From contig CATNDL010000025.1 in the NCBI GenBank assembly GCA_950096775.1, positions 1,338 to 65,337 on the forward strand: a DNA stretch of 64,000 nt, written 5' to 3'. The stretch is from an uncultured Acetatifactor sp. Lineage in GTDB: Bacteria; Bacillota; Clostridia; Lachnospirales; Lachnospiraceae. A model generated the notes under the pieces. That model had not been told where the DNA came from and did no database searches. It was given only the letters and a program-made list of their open reading frames with translations. Shown here in pieces: positions 39,672-48,794 of this stretch. How positions within the stretch are numbered: position 1 is the stretch's first letter; each line of letters begins with the position of its first letter. Both the position numbers and the translations under genes were made by a program.

Positions 39672-39979
39672 TCGCTGCGCGATGGCTCTAAAGAGTAAAG
39701 TCCCTTCGGCGCACACTTTTGAGAGCAAATTTTATTCGGAAGGGCTCTCATAAAATTTCCTCTCGTGCGCCTTCGAGACTTTACTCGCTGCGCGATGGCT
39801 CTTAAATTGCCGTGGCCGGCAATTGCGTAAAGTCCCTTCGGCGCACACTTTTGAGAGCAAATTTTATTCGGAAGAGCTCTCATAAAATTTCCTCTCGTGC
39901 GCCTTCGAGACTTTACCCGCTGCGCGATGGCTCTTAAATTGCCGTGACCGGCAATTGCGTAAAGTCTCTTCGGCGCACA
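39672..39979. repeat. Tandem array of a 132-bp palindromic unit (2 full copies plus partial flanks)
   Basis: GTAAAGTC unit starts at 39695, 39827 and 39959; near-identical copies with several internal inverted repeats. Confidence 0.92.
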
Positions 39980-39988
39980 TCTCTTCAC

Positions 39989-41452
39989 TCAGAAATTAAA
40001 ATACAGGAACACGCTCACCTGGGACAGGGAGAGGAAGGCCCAGGTGAAGAGGGTGGCCAGGCAGAACGCGCCGCCCAGGGTATGCCCCTTTTTTTCGATC
40101 CAGGCCTCTGCCTTCCCTCCCGCCAGCAGCGCTGCGCCCACCGCCGTGAGCAGCAGGAAGCAGGACAGGAACAGCCCGTTGGTCAGCCCCGGCGCAGCCA
40201 TGTCCAGGAGCTTGCGCAGCGCGTAGTTCTCCGGGAAGACCAGTGTGTTGCACACCCCCAGCAGCTTCCCCTGGCTGCCCGCGGTGAACAGCTTGCGCCA
40301 CAGAAGCGCCGCGGACTCCAGCGAGTCGCTGCGGAAGACAGAGAAGGACAGGGTGACGAATACCGCCGTGGCCGCCCGGTTCATCCATTCATGCCGAAAG
40401 CGCGCCCGAGGAAAGGCGGTCTCAAAGGCCGCCGCCAGGCCGTGCATCAGCCCCCAGAGGACGAATGTCCAGTCGGCCCCGTGCCACAGGCCGCTGACCA
40501 GGAACACCGCCAGCAGGTTCAGGATCTGCCGCCTCTTCCCCTTCCGGTTCCCGCCCAGCGGCAGGTACACATACTGGGACAGGAAGCGGGACAGGGTCAT
40601 ATGCCATCTGCGCCAGAATTCCCGGACAGAGGCCGCCTTGAAGGGAGAGTCGAAATTCTCCGGAAGCCGGAAGCCGAACATTGCCGCGATGCCTCTGGCC
40701 ATGTCGCAGTAGCCGCTGAAATCGAAATACAGTTCCATCATATACCATACGATGACAATCCATGCCGTGGGGGTATCCAGCATGGCGATGTTGTCATACT
40801 CCGCGTTCACCAGCATGGCCAGCGAGTCCGCAAGCAGCACCTTCTTCGCCAGGCCCAGGATGAACAGGGTGGCCCCGTCGTAGAAGCTCTCCGGTGAGAA
40901 GCGCCTGTTCTGTCTGCCCTGCAGCTGGGGCACCAGCTCGCTGTGGAGCACGATGGGGCCCGCGATCAGCTGGGGGAAGAAGCTCACGAAAAACACATAG
41001 TCCAGAAGAGGGTAATGGGGGGCGTTCCCCCGGTATCTCTCGATGAGGAAGGACATCTGCTGGAAGGTGAAGAAGCTGATGCCAAGGGGCAGGGCGATTT
41101 TTTCCAGCCTGATATCCGTGTGCAGGAGGAAATTGCAGTTGTCGATGAAGAAGTTGAAGTATTTAAAATAAAACAGCAGGCCCAGATTCCCCAGGACGCC
41201 GCAGACGAAAAGCCCCCTGCGGAAACCCCCGCCGCGGATCCTGCGGAGCAGGAAGCTGAAGGCATAATTCCCCGCAAGGCTCACCAGCAGGATCCACAGG
41301 TAGCTCACATTATAATAGCCGTAGAACCAGAACGACATCCCGATGAGGAATGCCTTGGCCCAGGCCGGATCCTCCAGCTTCTGGAGCAGGAACCACCCCA
41401 GAAGCGCCAGCGGAAGGAACACCGTAATGAATATCACCGAGTTAAAAAGCAT
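39989..41452 (-). CDS. MBOAT family O-acyltransferase (AlgI/DltB-like)
   Basis: LPLGISFFTFQ, FFPQLIAGPI, YFDFSGYCD, FWRRWHMTLS, SGLWHG. Confidence 0.93.
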   Translation of the reverse strand: MLFNSVIFITVFLPLALLGWFLLQKLEDPAWAKAFLIGMSFWFYGYYNVSYLWILLVSLAGNYAFSFLLRRIRGGGFRRGLFVCGVLGNLGLLFYFKYFNFFIDNCNFLLHTDIRLEKIALPLGISFFTFQQMSFLIERYRGNAPHYPLLDYVFFVSFFPQLIAGPIVLHSELVPQLQGRQNRRFSPESFYDGATLFILGLAKKVLLADSLAMLVNAEYDNIAMLDTPTAWIVIVWYMMELYFDFSGYCDMARGIAAMFGFRLPENFDSPFKAASVREFWRRWHMTLSRFLSQYVYLPLGGNRKGKRRQILNLLAVFLVSGLWHGADWTFVLWGLMHGLAAAFETAFPRARFRHEWMNRAATAVFVTLSFSVFRSDSLESAALLWRKLFTAGSQGKLLGVCNTLVFPENYALRKLLDMAAPGLTNGLFLSCFLLLTAVGAALLAGGKAEAWIEKKGHTLGGAFCLATLFTWAFLSLSQVSVFLYFNF

Positions 41453-41453
41453 C

Positions 41454-43601
41454 TTATCCCACCTTCAACGAATAGTCGCTCCTGTCCAGAGAGAAATTGG
41501 GGTTGTAATAGGGGTCGCCCGCCTCCAGCTCCTTCTTCCACTTTTCCCGGAACCGAGCCGATTCCCGATTGTAGCGCTCCGCCCGCTCTCCGGTATCGTC
41601 CAGGCCCCTGGAGGCGGATTCATAGTGGAACAGCTCCGCGAAGGGGGTGAAGACGTTCAGGAGCCCCATCCGGCGCAGCTTCAGGCAGAAGTCCACATCG
41701 TTCAGGGACACCGCGAAGTCCTCGTCCAGGCCTCCCGCCGCCAGGTACAGTTCCTTTTTCACCAGCAGGCAGGCCCCTGTCACAGCGGTCACGTCCTGGG
41801 CATAGCACAGCCGCCCCATGTAGCCCAGGTTCTGGCGGTGCTGCCTGTAATGGGTATGCCCCGCCGTCCGGTGGGCCCCCAGCCCGATCACCACCCCGGC
41901 GTGCTGGATGGTCTTGTCCGGATAGTAGAGCTTGGCCCCCACGGCCCCCACGTCGGCCCGCTGGGCGTACATCAGAAGCTCCTCCATCCAGTTGACGGTG
42001 ATGACTTCCGTGTCGTTGTTCAGCAACAGTATATATTCGCCTGACGACTGCTCCACGCCCAGGTTATTGATGGCAGAATAGTTGAATTCCCCTCTGTATG
42101 TGACGATCGCGATTTTTCCGTCCCGGCTGCGCAATGTCTCCCTATCCGGCAATCGGCCATCCCTCCGCAGAGATTGGGGATTGCTTTCCTCTTCCTGCCT
42201 GGACCCGCTTATCCTCTCTTTTTCTGTGTGCGCCTCCGAATGGGATTTCTGGCCGGAATCCCCCGGCTCTGTCGGAACATCGCAGCCATACCCCAGCAGC
42301 TGGCTGTAGTATTCCCGGATTTCACTGGTTTCGCTGTTGTTCTCCACGATGACGATCTCATAGTTGTCATAGGTGGATTTCTCCAGGATGGAGGTGACGC
42401 ACCGGCGCAGGTCTGACCCATGGTCTTTGTTGGGGATGACGATGGAAATCTTCGGTGTGCCGATAATATTGTAGCGGATGCGGAAGATGGTCTCGAAGGC
42501 CCTGGTGCTCTCGATCTTGAAATGCTCATAGCCATGCTTCCCAAGGTGCTCCGCCACCGCCCCCTTGGCCGCCTCGATGGCGTAGGGCTTGGCGTCGATC
42601 CCCGCCGCCACGCTGCCCGCATGGCTCCGCCAATAGTACAGGAGCCTGGGCACATGGACGATCCTCTCCGCGTTGTCCGTGAGCCGCAGGATCATGTCGT
42701 GGTCCTGGCTGCCGTCGAATTTGGGCCGAAACAGCTCCTCCCCGTCCAGGAGCTTCCTGGAGAAGACGCTGAAATGGCAGATGTAGTTGTTGGCCCGCAG
42801 ATTGTCCGGGGCGTAGTCCGGCTTGAAGTGCATGGTCAGCATGCGGTTGATGTCGTCCCCCTTAAAGGTGGTCTCATCGCAATACAGATAATCCGCATCC
42901 TGTTCATTGATAGCCCTCACATACTCGTAGAGCGTGCTGGGGTGGAGCAGGTCGTCCTGGTCCAGCAGGCCCAGATACTCTCCCGTGGCCATCTGCAGAC
43001 AGGCGTTGGTATTGCCCGCGATGCCGCCGTTCTTGTCCAGATGCCGGTAGCGGATCCTACCGCCGGATTTTTCCGCGTATTCCCGGCAGATCTCCCCGAT
43101 ATAGCCGTGGGCCTCATCGGAGCCGTCCGCCAGGCACAGCTCCCAGTTCTGATAGGTCTGGGCCATGACGGAATCCAGCATTTCCCTCTGGTACTGTTCG
43201 GGATTGTTCCACAGGGGCACCAGGATGCTGACCTTCACCATCCGTGGGAACAGAGCCTCACGCTCTGCCGCCGCCTGCTCCGGGGAGGGGAAGCTCTCGG
43301 TGCCGAACTGCTTCATGGCCTGGCGCTCCCGCTTCTTGTAGGAGAGCTTTTGCAGCACGCCCCTGGGGCCGCCGCAGTTCCTCAGCCTGTCCCGCTGGCG
43401 GATGATCCAGTGCAGCACGTCCCTGGCGGGCCTGCTGGCTTTCCAGAGGGGATTATTCTTGATGCGGTTCAGCTTCCACTCCAGCTCCTCGTTCTTCGCC
43501 TCCAGGTCGGCGATCCGGCCCGCCAGGTCGGCGCATTTCAAATGCTCCCGCTCATAGGCCTCTCTGAAATCCATCTCTTCCATACTCTCCCTCATTTCCA
43601 T
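41454..43601 (-). CDS. Tandem GT2-GT2 glycosyltransferase with N-terminal coiled coil (probable polymerase)
   Basis: VSILVPLWN...LLDQDD and ISIVIPNKD...LLLNND domains; heptad-like N-terminus. Confidence 0.88.
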   Translation of the reverse strand: MEMRESMEEMDFREAYEREHLKCADLAGRIADLEAKNEELEWKLNRIKNNPLWKASRPARDVLHWIIRQRDRLRNCGGPRGVLQKLSYKKRERQAMKQFGTESFPSPEQAAAEREALFPRMVKVSILVPLWNNPEQYQREMLDSVMAQTYQNWELCLADGSDEAHGYIGEICREYAEKSGGRIRYRHLDKNGGIAGNTNACLQMATGEYLGLLDQDDLLHPSTLYEYVRAINEQDADYLYCDETTFKGDDINRMLTMHFKPDYAPDNLRANNYICHFSVFSRKLLDGEELFRPKFDGSQDHDMILRLTDNAERIVHVPRLLYYWRSHAGSVAAGIDAKPYAIEAAKGAVAEHLGKHGYEHFKIESTRAFETIFRIRYNIIGTPKISIVIPNKDHGSDLRRCVTSILEKSTYDNYEIVIVENNSETSEIREYYSQLLGYGCDVPTEPGDSGQKSHSEAHTEKERISGSRQEEESNPQSLRRDGRLPDRETLRSRDGKIAIVTYRGEFNYSAINNLGVEQSSGEYILLLNNDTEVITVNWMEELLMYAQRADVGAVGAKLYYPDKTIQHAGVVIGLGAHRTAGHTHYRQHRQNLGYMGRLCYAQDVTAVTGACLLVKKELYLAAGGLDEDFAVSLNDVDFCLKLRRMGLLNVFTPFAELFHYESASRGLDDTGERAERYNRESARFREKWKKELEAGDPYYNPNFSLDRSDYSLKVG

Positions 43602-43625
43602 GCAAAACCTCCGGGCTGTGGAACG

Positions 43626-45758
43626 TTACGTCAGATCCCGGGCCATGGCCAGGGGCATCCGCACGATTTCTATCCTGGCCCGGAGCAGGTTCTCCTCCCG
43701 GCGCTTCAGCTCCTTCAGGCCGATGTTGATGTTCGGGTCCTCCGTGGGGAAGACGATGCTGGGGCAGTCCCTCTCATCCTTCGCCCCCTTCCCCCGGGGC
43801 GGCTTCACGATCCGCCCGTTGGCGTACAGGAGCTTCCGCTTGTGCAGGGGCACCGCCTCCCCGTTGAAGGTCATCTCCGCGATCTTCACCATACAGGGAT
43901 ACATCCCCGGATCGATCCGCAGCATCTCCACCTCCCCCGACACCTGAAGCTCCAGCTCTATCAGCCAGTCCCCCTGATAGGCGTCCCTGACGAAATAGGA
44001 GTCCTCCTCGCTGTAGCCCTGTCCCCTGTCCTCGTAGATCTGGACCCGGTTCACGTCCTCGGAGTCCTGATATCTGTCCAGCCAGTCCTGGGGATTCATG
44101 ATGGCGCAGCCGATCTTCTCCCGCATCTCCGCCATGGAGCAGCGGTTCCCCGTGACGAACCGCTGGAACTCCCCCTCCTCCTCCCAGAACTCCTTCACGT
44201 CCTTCTCCGTCATGGCGCATTCCCGCAAGATCCAGTCCAGGCCGATTTTGTTGCGCCTCTCGTCCTCCAGCAGATACCAGTAGGCCGCCCGGAAGGCCAG
44301 CCTCCTGGTGTCCATGGGCTTGCCGAAGGTCCACTCATAGTCGATCAGCGTCCACTCGCCCTCCAGAAAGCCCTCCAGCCCCCCGTCCTTCCCCGGCCGG
44401 GGCCGGATGAGCACATTCCCGAAGACAAGGTCGAAGTCAGAGGCCGGGTAGTCGCTGTTGTAGCCCACCCGCTCCGCGAACTGCCGAAAGAGCCTGCGGA
44501 AGGCCTCCGTGTCCCCCCGCTCCAGGCATCCGTCCATCACCTCCAGAAGGGGCACGCCCTCCACGTACTCGAACCTAGCCTCCACGGTCCCTTCCGTCTC
44601 CGCCAGCTCACAGGCATTGACGGAGAGCCGCCCGCCCCGGTACCGCTCCGTCAGGCTCTCATAGGCCGCCTCCATCCCCCTGACATGGGCGGCGGCAGCC
44701 CGGGTCATGGGGGATTTCCTCACCGTAAGCCCCCTGTCCCCGGAAGCCTCCCGGCTCTCTGAAATCTCCGTGCGGATGGCGTACTCCGGTGCCCGGTCAT
44801 TGGAATACTTCACGAACTTCGTGTCGAACCCCTCCCCGATCACCGCCAGGTAGGAATTGGAGAACACCGGGAACAGCCCCTCCTCCACCAGCCCGTCAAA
44901 GGCGTTCTTTTCGTTGAAGAGCTGCATCCTGGACCTGTCGAAATTCCGTTTATTGTTGAACAGCTCCCCTTTTTTCGGGAGATATTCGTCGCTGTACAGG
45001 GAGGTCATGAACTTGTAATCCGGGTAGGGATAATAGAAATGCCACTCCCCTGCGCCGCAGCGTCCGAAGATGCTTTCCAGCCCGCCCCTGCCGAAGGTGC
45101 GCACGTCCCCGCCCGAGGCGTAGTTCTCGATGCCGGAGAAATAAGTGCCCAGATGATCCTCCCTGCAGCCCGCGAAATATTTCAGCCCGTACCGGTTCTC
45201 TATGGCGATGACGATCCTGCCCCCCGGGGCCAGATGGGCCATGAGCCTTTTCAGATAGTCCTCAAAGGGCCTGGCCCCGCCCATGTAGGCCTGGCCGTAC
45301 TCAAAGACCCCTATCAGGCAGATGTAGTCGAAATCCGCAGACAGCTCCGGCTCGATGTCCCTGAAGTTCCCCACCCGGATCGTGACATTGCCGCACTCCC
45401 TGTGCCTGTAGGCATTGATCAGGCTGCGCTTTCTGGACAGCTCCAGGCAGGTCACTGTCCCCGCCTTCCTGGACAGCGCCCCCGTGATCGCGCCGCAGCC
45501 GCTGCCCACCTCCAGCACCTTCGCGTCTTTGTCCATGGGGATCCAGTCCACGATGTTCTCCCGCAGGGGGGAGAGGTGGTACAGGATGGGCCAGACCCTG
45601 CGCTCCTCGATGATGCGCTCGTACTCCGCGGCCGTCCTGCTTTTCGCGATGTCCAGCAGCTCGTCCTCCATGGCCCCCTCGCTGTAGAAATCCTCCCCGG
45701 GATACCGGCTGTAATCCAGCTTTACTTTTCCAATCTCTTCTATCCTTTTCTCTGCCAT
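43626..45758 (-). CDS. Class I SAM methyltransferase fused to a kinase-like domain
   Basis: VLEVGSGCG motif I; later DFDLVFGNVLI and LIDYEW resembling phosphotransferase catalytic and Mg loops; TTG 45779 is an alternative start. Confidence 0.72.
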   Translation of the reverse strand: MAEKRIEEIGKVKLDYSRYPGEDFYSEGAMEDELLDIAKSRTAAEYERIIEERRVWPILYHLSPLRENIVDWIPMDKDAKVLEVGSGCGAITGALSRKAGTVTCLELSRKRSLINAYRHRECGNVTIRVGNFRDIEPELSADFDYICLIGVFEYGQAYMGGARPFEDYLKRLMAHLAPGGRIVIAIENRYGLKYFAGCREDHLGTYFSGIENYASGGDVRTFGRGGLESIFGRCGAGEWHFYYPYPDYKFMTSLYSDEYLPKKGELFNNKRNFDRSRMQLFNEKNAFDGLVEEGLFPVFSNSYLAVIGEGFDTKFVKYSNDRAPEYAIRTEISESREASGDRGLTVRKSPMTRAAAAHVRGMEAAYESLTERYRGGRLSVNACELAETEGTVEARFEYVEGVPLLEVMDGCLERGDTEAFRRLFRQFAERVGYNSDYPASDFDLVFGNVLIRPRPGKDGGLEGFLEGEWTLIDYEWTFGKPMDTRRLAFRAAYWYLLEDERRNKIGLDWILRECAMTEKDVKEFWEEEGEFQRFVTGNRCSMAEMREKIGCAIMNPQDWLDRYQDSEDVNRVQIYEDRGQGYSEEDSYFVRDAYQGDWLIELELQVSGEVEMLRIDPGMYPCMVKIAEMTFNGEAVPLHKRKLLYANGRIVKPPRGKGAKDERDCPSIVFPTEDPNINIGLKELKRREENLLRARIEIVRMPLAMARDLT

Positions 45759-45775
45759 GTCCCCGCCATTTCTCT

Positions 45776-47110
45776 TCAACCGGCTCCCGGAGGGTCCGCT
45801 GCCTCCGGTGCATCCGTCACCGTCACTCTGGAATCCATGTCATAGTATCCCACCGTGTCCTTATCTGACACTACTGTCACATCCAGCACGTCATAGAGCC
45901 TGTGGTACACCTGGAACCTGTCCCCCTCATAGCCCGTGACCCCCAGGGACAGCAGGTACTCCCCGCCCTGGAGGCTCATCTTCTGGGTGAATGCGATGTC
46001 CTTCACCTGCCCCGGCTCCCCGCTCTCCAGAAAGGACTTTTCGATCATGGTATTCGTCCCTGTGATCTCCGTGCCCAGGGCGTCCTTGAAGGAAAAGGCG
46101 AAGATCGGGGCAGGCACATGGGCCTGGAACCGCACCCGCATGTGCAGGGTGAACTCGCTGCCCTTCAGGATCGCCAGGGCCCGCACCCCCCGCTCATCCG
46201 TCAGATAATACTCCAGGATCCGGGCCTGCCCGGTGCCGTACTCCTGCACGTCCGGGTTCACCGCCTCCCCGGCTTTCGGCGCGCCCTCCTCCAGGGCCGC
46301 CTGCCCCTCCTCCCCGGGATTCTCTTCCGGAAGCTCATACTGTCCCACCAGCACCCGCTTATAGGCGTCTATCATCTCCTTGGGGGAGCCCTCCCCCAGA
46401 AGCGTGCCCTTGTTCAGCAGGAACACCCTGTCGCAGTATTTGCTGATCACGCTCAGGTCGTGGCTGACGAAGACGATGGTCTTGCCCATCTTCTTGAATT
46501 CCTCGAATTTGTGGTAGCACTTGGCCTGGAAGAACACGTCCCCCACGGACAGCGCCTCGTCCACGATCAGGATCTCCGGCTCGATGTTGATGGCCACCGC
46601 AAAGGCCAGGCGCACGAACATGCCGCTGGAGTAGGTCTTCACCGGCTGGTTCACATAGTCCCCGATATCGGCGAACTCCAGGATGTCCGGGAGCTTGGCG
46701 TCGATCTCCCTGTCGGTGAAGCCCATCATGGTGCCGTTCAAGTACACGTTCTCTATGCCATTGTACTCCTGGTTGAAGCCCGCGCCCAGCTCCAGGAGGG
46801 CGGAGATGCGCCCGTCCACCTTCACCTGGCCGGAGGTGGGGCTCAGCACTCCCGTGATGATCTTCAGGATGGTGGACTTCCCCGAGCCGTTGGTGCCGAT
46901 GATGCCCACGGTCTCCCCCTTGCGGATGCAGAGGTTCACTCCGTTCAGGGCGTAGTGGCGCTTCTGGGCCTTATGCCTGCTTAGGCCGAAAGCGTCCTTC
47001 ACCCGGTCCCTGGCCCTGTCGTACAGCTTGTACACCTTCACCAGGTCCCTGATCTCTATGGCGGGGAGCTCTACCTCCCGCACCTGTATCTTGCTCTCTT
47101 GATTTCCCAT
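45776..47110 (-). CDS. wzt: Polysaccharide ABC transporter ATPase Wzt with C-terminal extension (Wzt_C-like)
   Basis: GTNGSGKST, YSSGMFVRLAF, LIVDEALSVGD; about 150-aa beta-rich C-terminal domain. Confidence 0.9.
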   Translation of the reverse strand: MGNQESKIQVREVELPAIEIRDLVKVYKLYDRARDRVKDAFGLSRHKAQKRHYALNGVNLCIRKGETVGIIGTNGSGKSTILKIITGVLSPTSGQVKVDGRISALLELGAGFNQEYNGIENVYLNGTMMGFTDREIDAKLPDILEFADIGDYVNQPVKTYSSGMFVRLAFAVAINIEPEILIVDEALSVGDVFFQAKCYHKFEEFKKMGKTIVFVSHDLSVISKYCDRVFLLNKGTLLGEGSPKEMIDAYKRVLVGQYELPEENPGEEGQAALEEGAPKAGEAVNPDVQEYGTGQARILEYYLTDERGVRALAILKGSEFTLHMRVRFQAHVPAPIFAFSFKDALGTEITGTNTMIEKSFLESGEPGQVKDIAFTQKMSLQGGEYLLSLGVTGYEGDRFQVYHRLYDVLDVTVVSDKDTVGYYDMDSRVTVTDAPEAADPPGAG

Positions 47111-47144
47111 GTTACCCCCGTTGCCCTGTCCGTCCTCCGGCCGC

Positions 47145-48128
47145 CTACAGCACATCCGCGAAATGCGGCTTCAGCCGCTTGAACACCGCCACGCCGATTC
47201 CGAACAGCACCACCGTGACGATCCAGAAATACATGGTGGAGAAGAAGTCCTCGAAGAACCAGCTCCTCTCATAGATGGCGCTGCGGTATCCGTTCACGAT
47301 ATATACCAGCGGGTTCAGCTTCAGGACCACCACCCACTCCCCGGGCGCGGAATCGATGTTCCACAAAATAGGCGTGGCCCAGATCCCAATCTGCAGGGCG
47401 ATGCCTATGATCTGGGTCAGGTCCTTGAAGAAGACCACCACGGCGCAGGTGGCATAGCACAGGGCCAGCACGAACACGAACAGGCAGGCGCTGTAATAGA
47501 GAATCTGCGTGGTATAGACCGTGGGATAGTACCCGTAGAGCGCCGCCACGATCAGCAGCACCGCCACGAAGAACACATGGATGAAGGTGGCGGCGATGAC
47601 CTTGATGATGGGCAGGATACTGATCTTGAACACCACTTTCTTCACCAGATAGTCGTACTCCCGCAAAGCGTTGGTGCCATTGTTCAGGGCCTCGTTGAAA
47701 TAGAACCAGGGCACCAGCCCCGCCGTCAGGAAGAGCACGAAGGGCACGTCCTCCACGCCCCTTCCCCCGCCGCCCATGAGCTTGTCGAAGACAATGTAAT
47801 ACATCGCCACAGTCACCACCGGCTGGGCCAGGGCCCACAGCGCCCCCATGGAGGAGCCGGCGTAGCGCTTCCTGAAGTCGTTCTTCGCCAGCTTCCAGAT
47901 CAGATGCCTGCTCTGGTACAGCTCCACCGGAATGGTGGTGAACTTCTCGTACCACTTGGCAAAGACCAGGCAGGCGATGAGGATCACCCCGCAGGAGAGG
48001 GCCTTTTTCAGAAGCTCCTCCTGAGGGTCTGCGCTGGGGCCGGGATTCTGGTGGATGAGGATGGCCAGCGCCATCAGAAGCCCCGCCAGGGAGAACAGGA
48101 ATATCCCGCCTTTTTTACTGATTTTCAT
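47145..48128 (-). CDS. wzm: Polysaccharide ABC transporter permease Wzm
   Basis: LAKNDFRKRYAGS, YLVKKVVF, FFKDLTQII, NPLVYIVNGYR, FKRLKPHFADVL. Confidence 0.9.
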   Translation of the reverse strand: MKISKKGGIFLFSLAGLLMALAILIHQNPGPSADPQEELLKKALSCGVILIACLVFAKWYEKFTTIPVELYQSRHLIWKLAKNDFRKRYAGSSMGALWALAQPVVTVAMYYIVFDKLMGGGGRGVEDVPFVLFLTAGLVPWFYFNEALNNGTNALREYDYLVKKVVFKISILPIIKVIAATFIHVFFVAVLLIVAALYGYYPTVYTTQILYYSACLFVFVLALCYATCAVVVFFKDLTQIIGIALQIGIWATPILWNIDSAPGEWVVVLKLNPLVYIVNGYRSAIYERSWFFEDFFSTMYFWIVTVVLFGIGVAVFKRLKPHFADVL

Positions 48129-48684
48129 GCATCTGCCTCTTATACGCCTCCAGACCGCCCCAGTTCCTGTCCTTCTCGGTCATGATCAGTTCCATGCCCT
48201 CCGGAATGGGCCACTCCACAGCGATGTCCGGGTCGTCGTAGGCAATGCCTCCCTCGTCGTCGGGGTGGTAGAAATCGGTACATTTATAACAGAATTCCGC
48301 AAATTCCGACAAGACTACAAATCCGTGGGCAAAATTCTTGGGCACGAACATCTGCTTTCTGTTCTCCTGGGAGAGCAGCTCCCCATGCCACTTTCCGAAG
48401 GTGGGGGAGCCTTCCCTCAGGTCCACCACCACATCGTACACTTCCCCCCGTATCACCCGCACCAGCTTGTCCTGGGGGAAGCGCTTCTGGAAATGGAGCC
48501 CACGCAGCACGCCCTTCCGGGAGGCCGACTGGTTGTCCTGGACGAACACCTCCGGGATACCCGCCTCCTTATATGCCTCATAATGATAGGATTCGTAGAA
48601 ATATCCCCTCTCATCCCCGTAAACCGCCGGCGTAATGACCTTCAGCCCCTCTATCCCGCATGTCTCTACCTGAATCTTGCCCAT
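48115..48684 (-). CDS. rmlC: dTDP-4-dehydrorhamnose 3,5-epimerase
   Basis: GDERGYFYE, VQDNQS, RGLHFQ, DLREGSPTFG, AHGF; ATG 48684 with AAGGAGG RBS. Confidence 0.95.
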   Translation of the reverse strand: MGKIQVETCGIEGLKVITPAVYGDERGYFYESYHYEAYKEAGIPEVFVQDNQSASRKGVLRGLHFQKRFPQDKLVRVIRGEVYDVVVDLREGSPTFGKWHGELLSQENRKQMFVPKNFAHGFVVLSEFAEFCYKCTDFYHPDDEGGIAYDDPDIAVEWPIPEGMELIMTEKDRNWGGLEAYKRQMHENQ

Positions 48685-48705
48685 CGCAAGCCCCTCCTTC
48701 TTTAC

Positions 48706-48781
48706 ATCCGATTCTCTTTTATCCTGTCTCTTATCCTGTCTCTTATCCTGATTTTTATCCTGATATCCTGACCTCTTATCC
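48706..48781. repeat. 12-bp-period repeat, CAGGATA x5 on the minus strand, in the rmlC leader
   Basis: ATCCTG at 48721, 48733, 48745, 48757 and 48765; further ATCC at 48706 and 48778. Confidence 0.85.
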
Positions 48782-48794
48782 CCCAGGCTCCGGC

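Noticed and set aside
39672-39979. 132-bp repeat as a CRISPR array
   Set aside because: No unique spacers, the unit is far too long, and no cas genes are present
48719-48781. TTATCCTG repeats as DnaA boxes or replication iterons
   Set aside because: Only 6/9 match to TTATCCACA; no dnaA/rep gene or AT-rich unwinding element nearby
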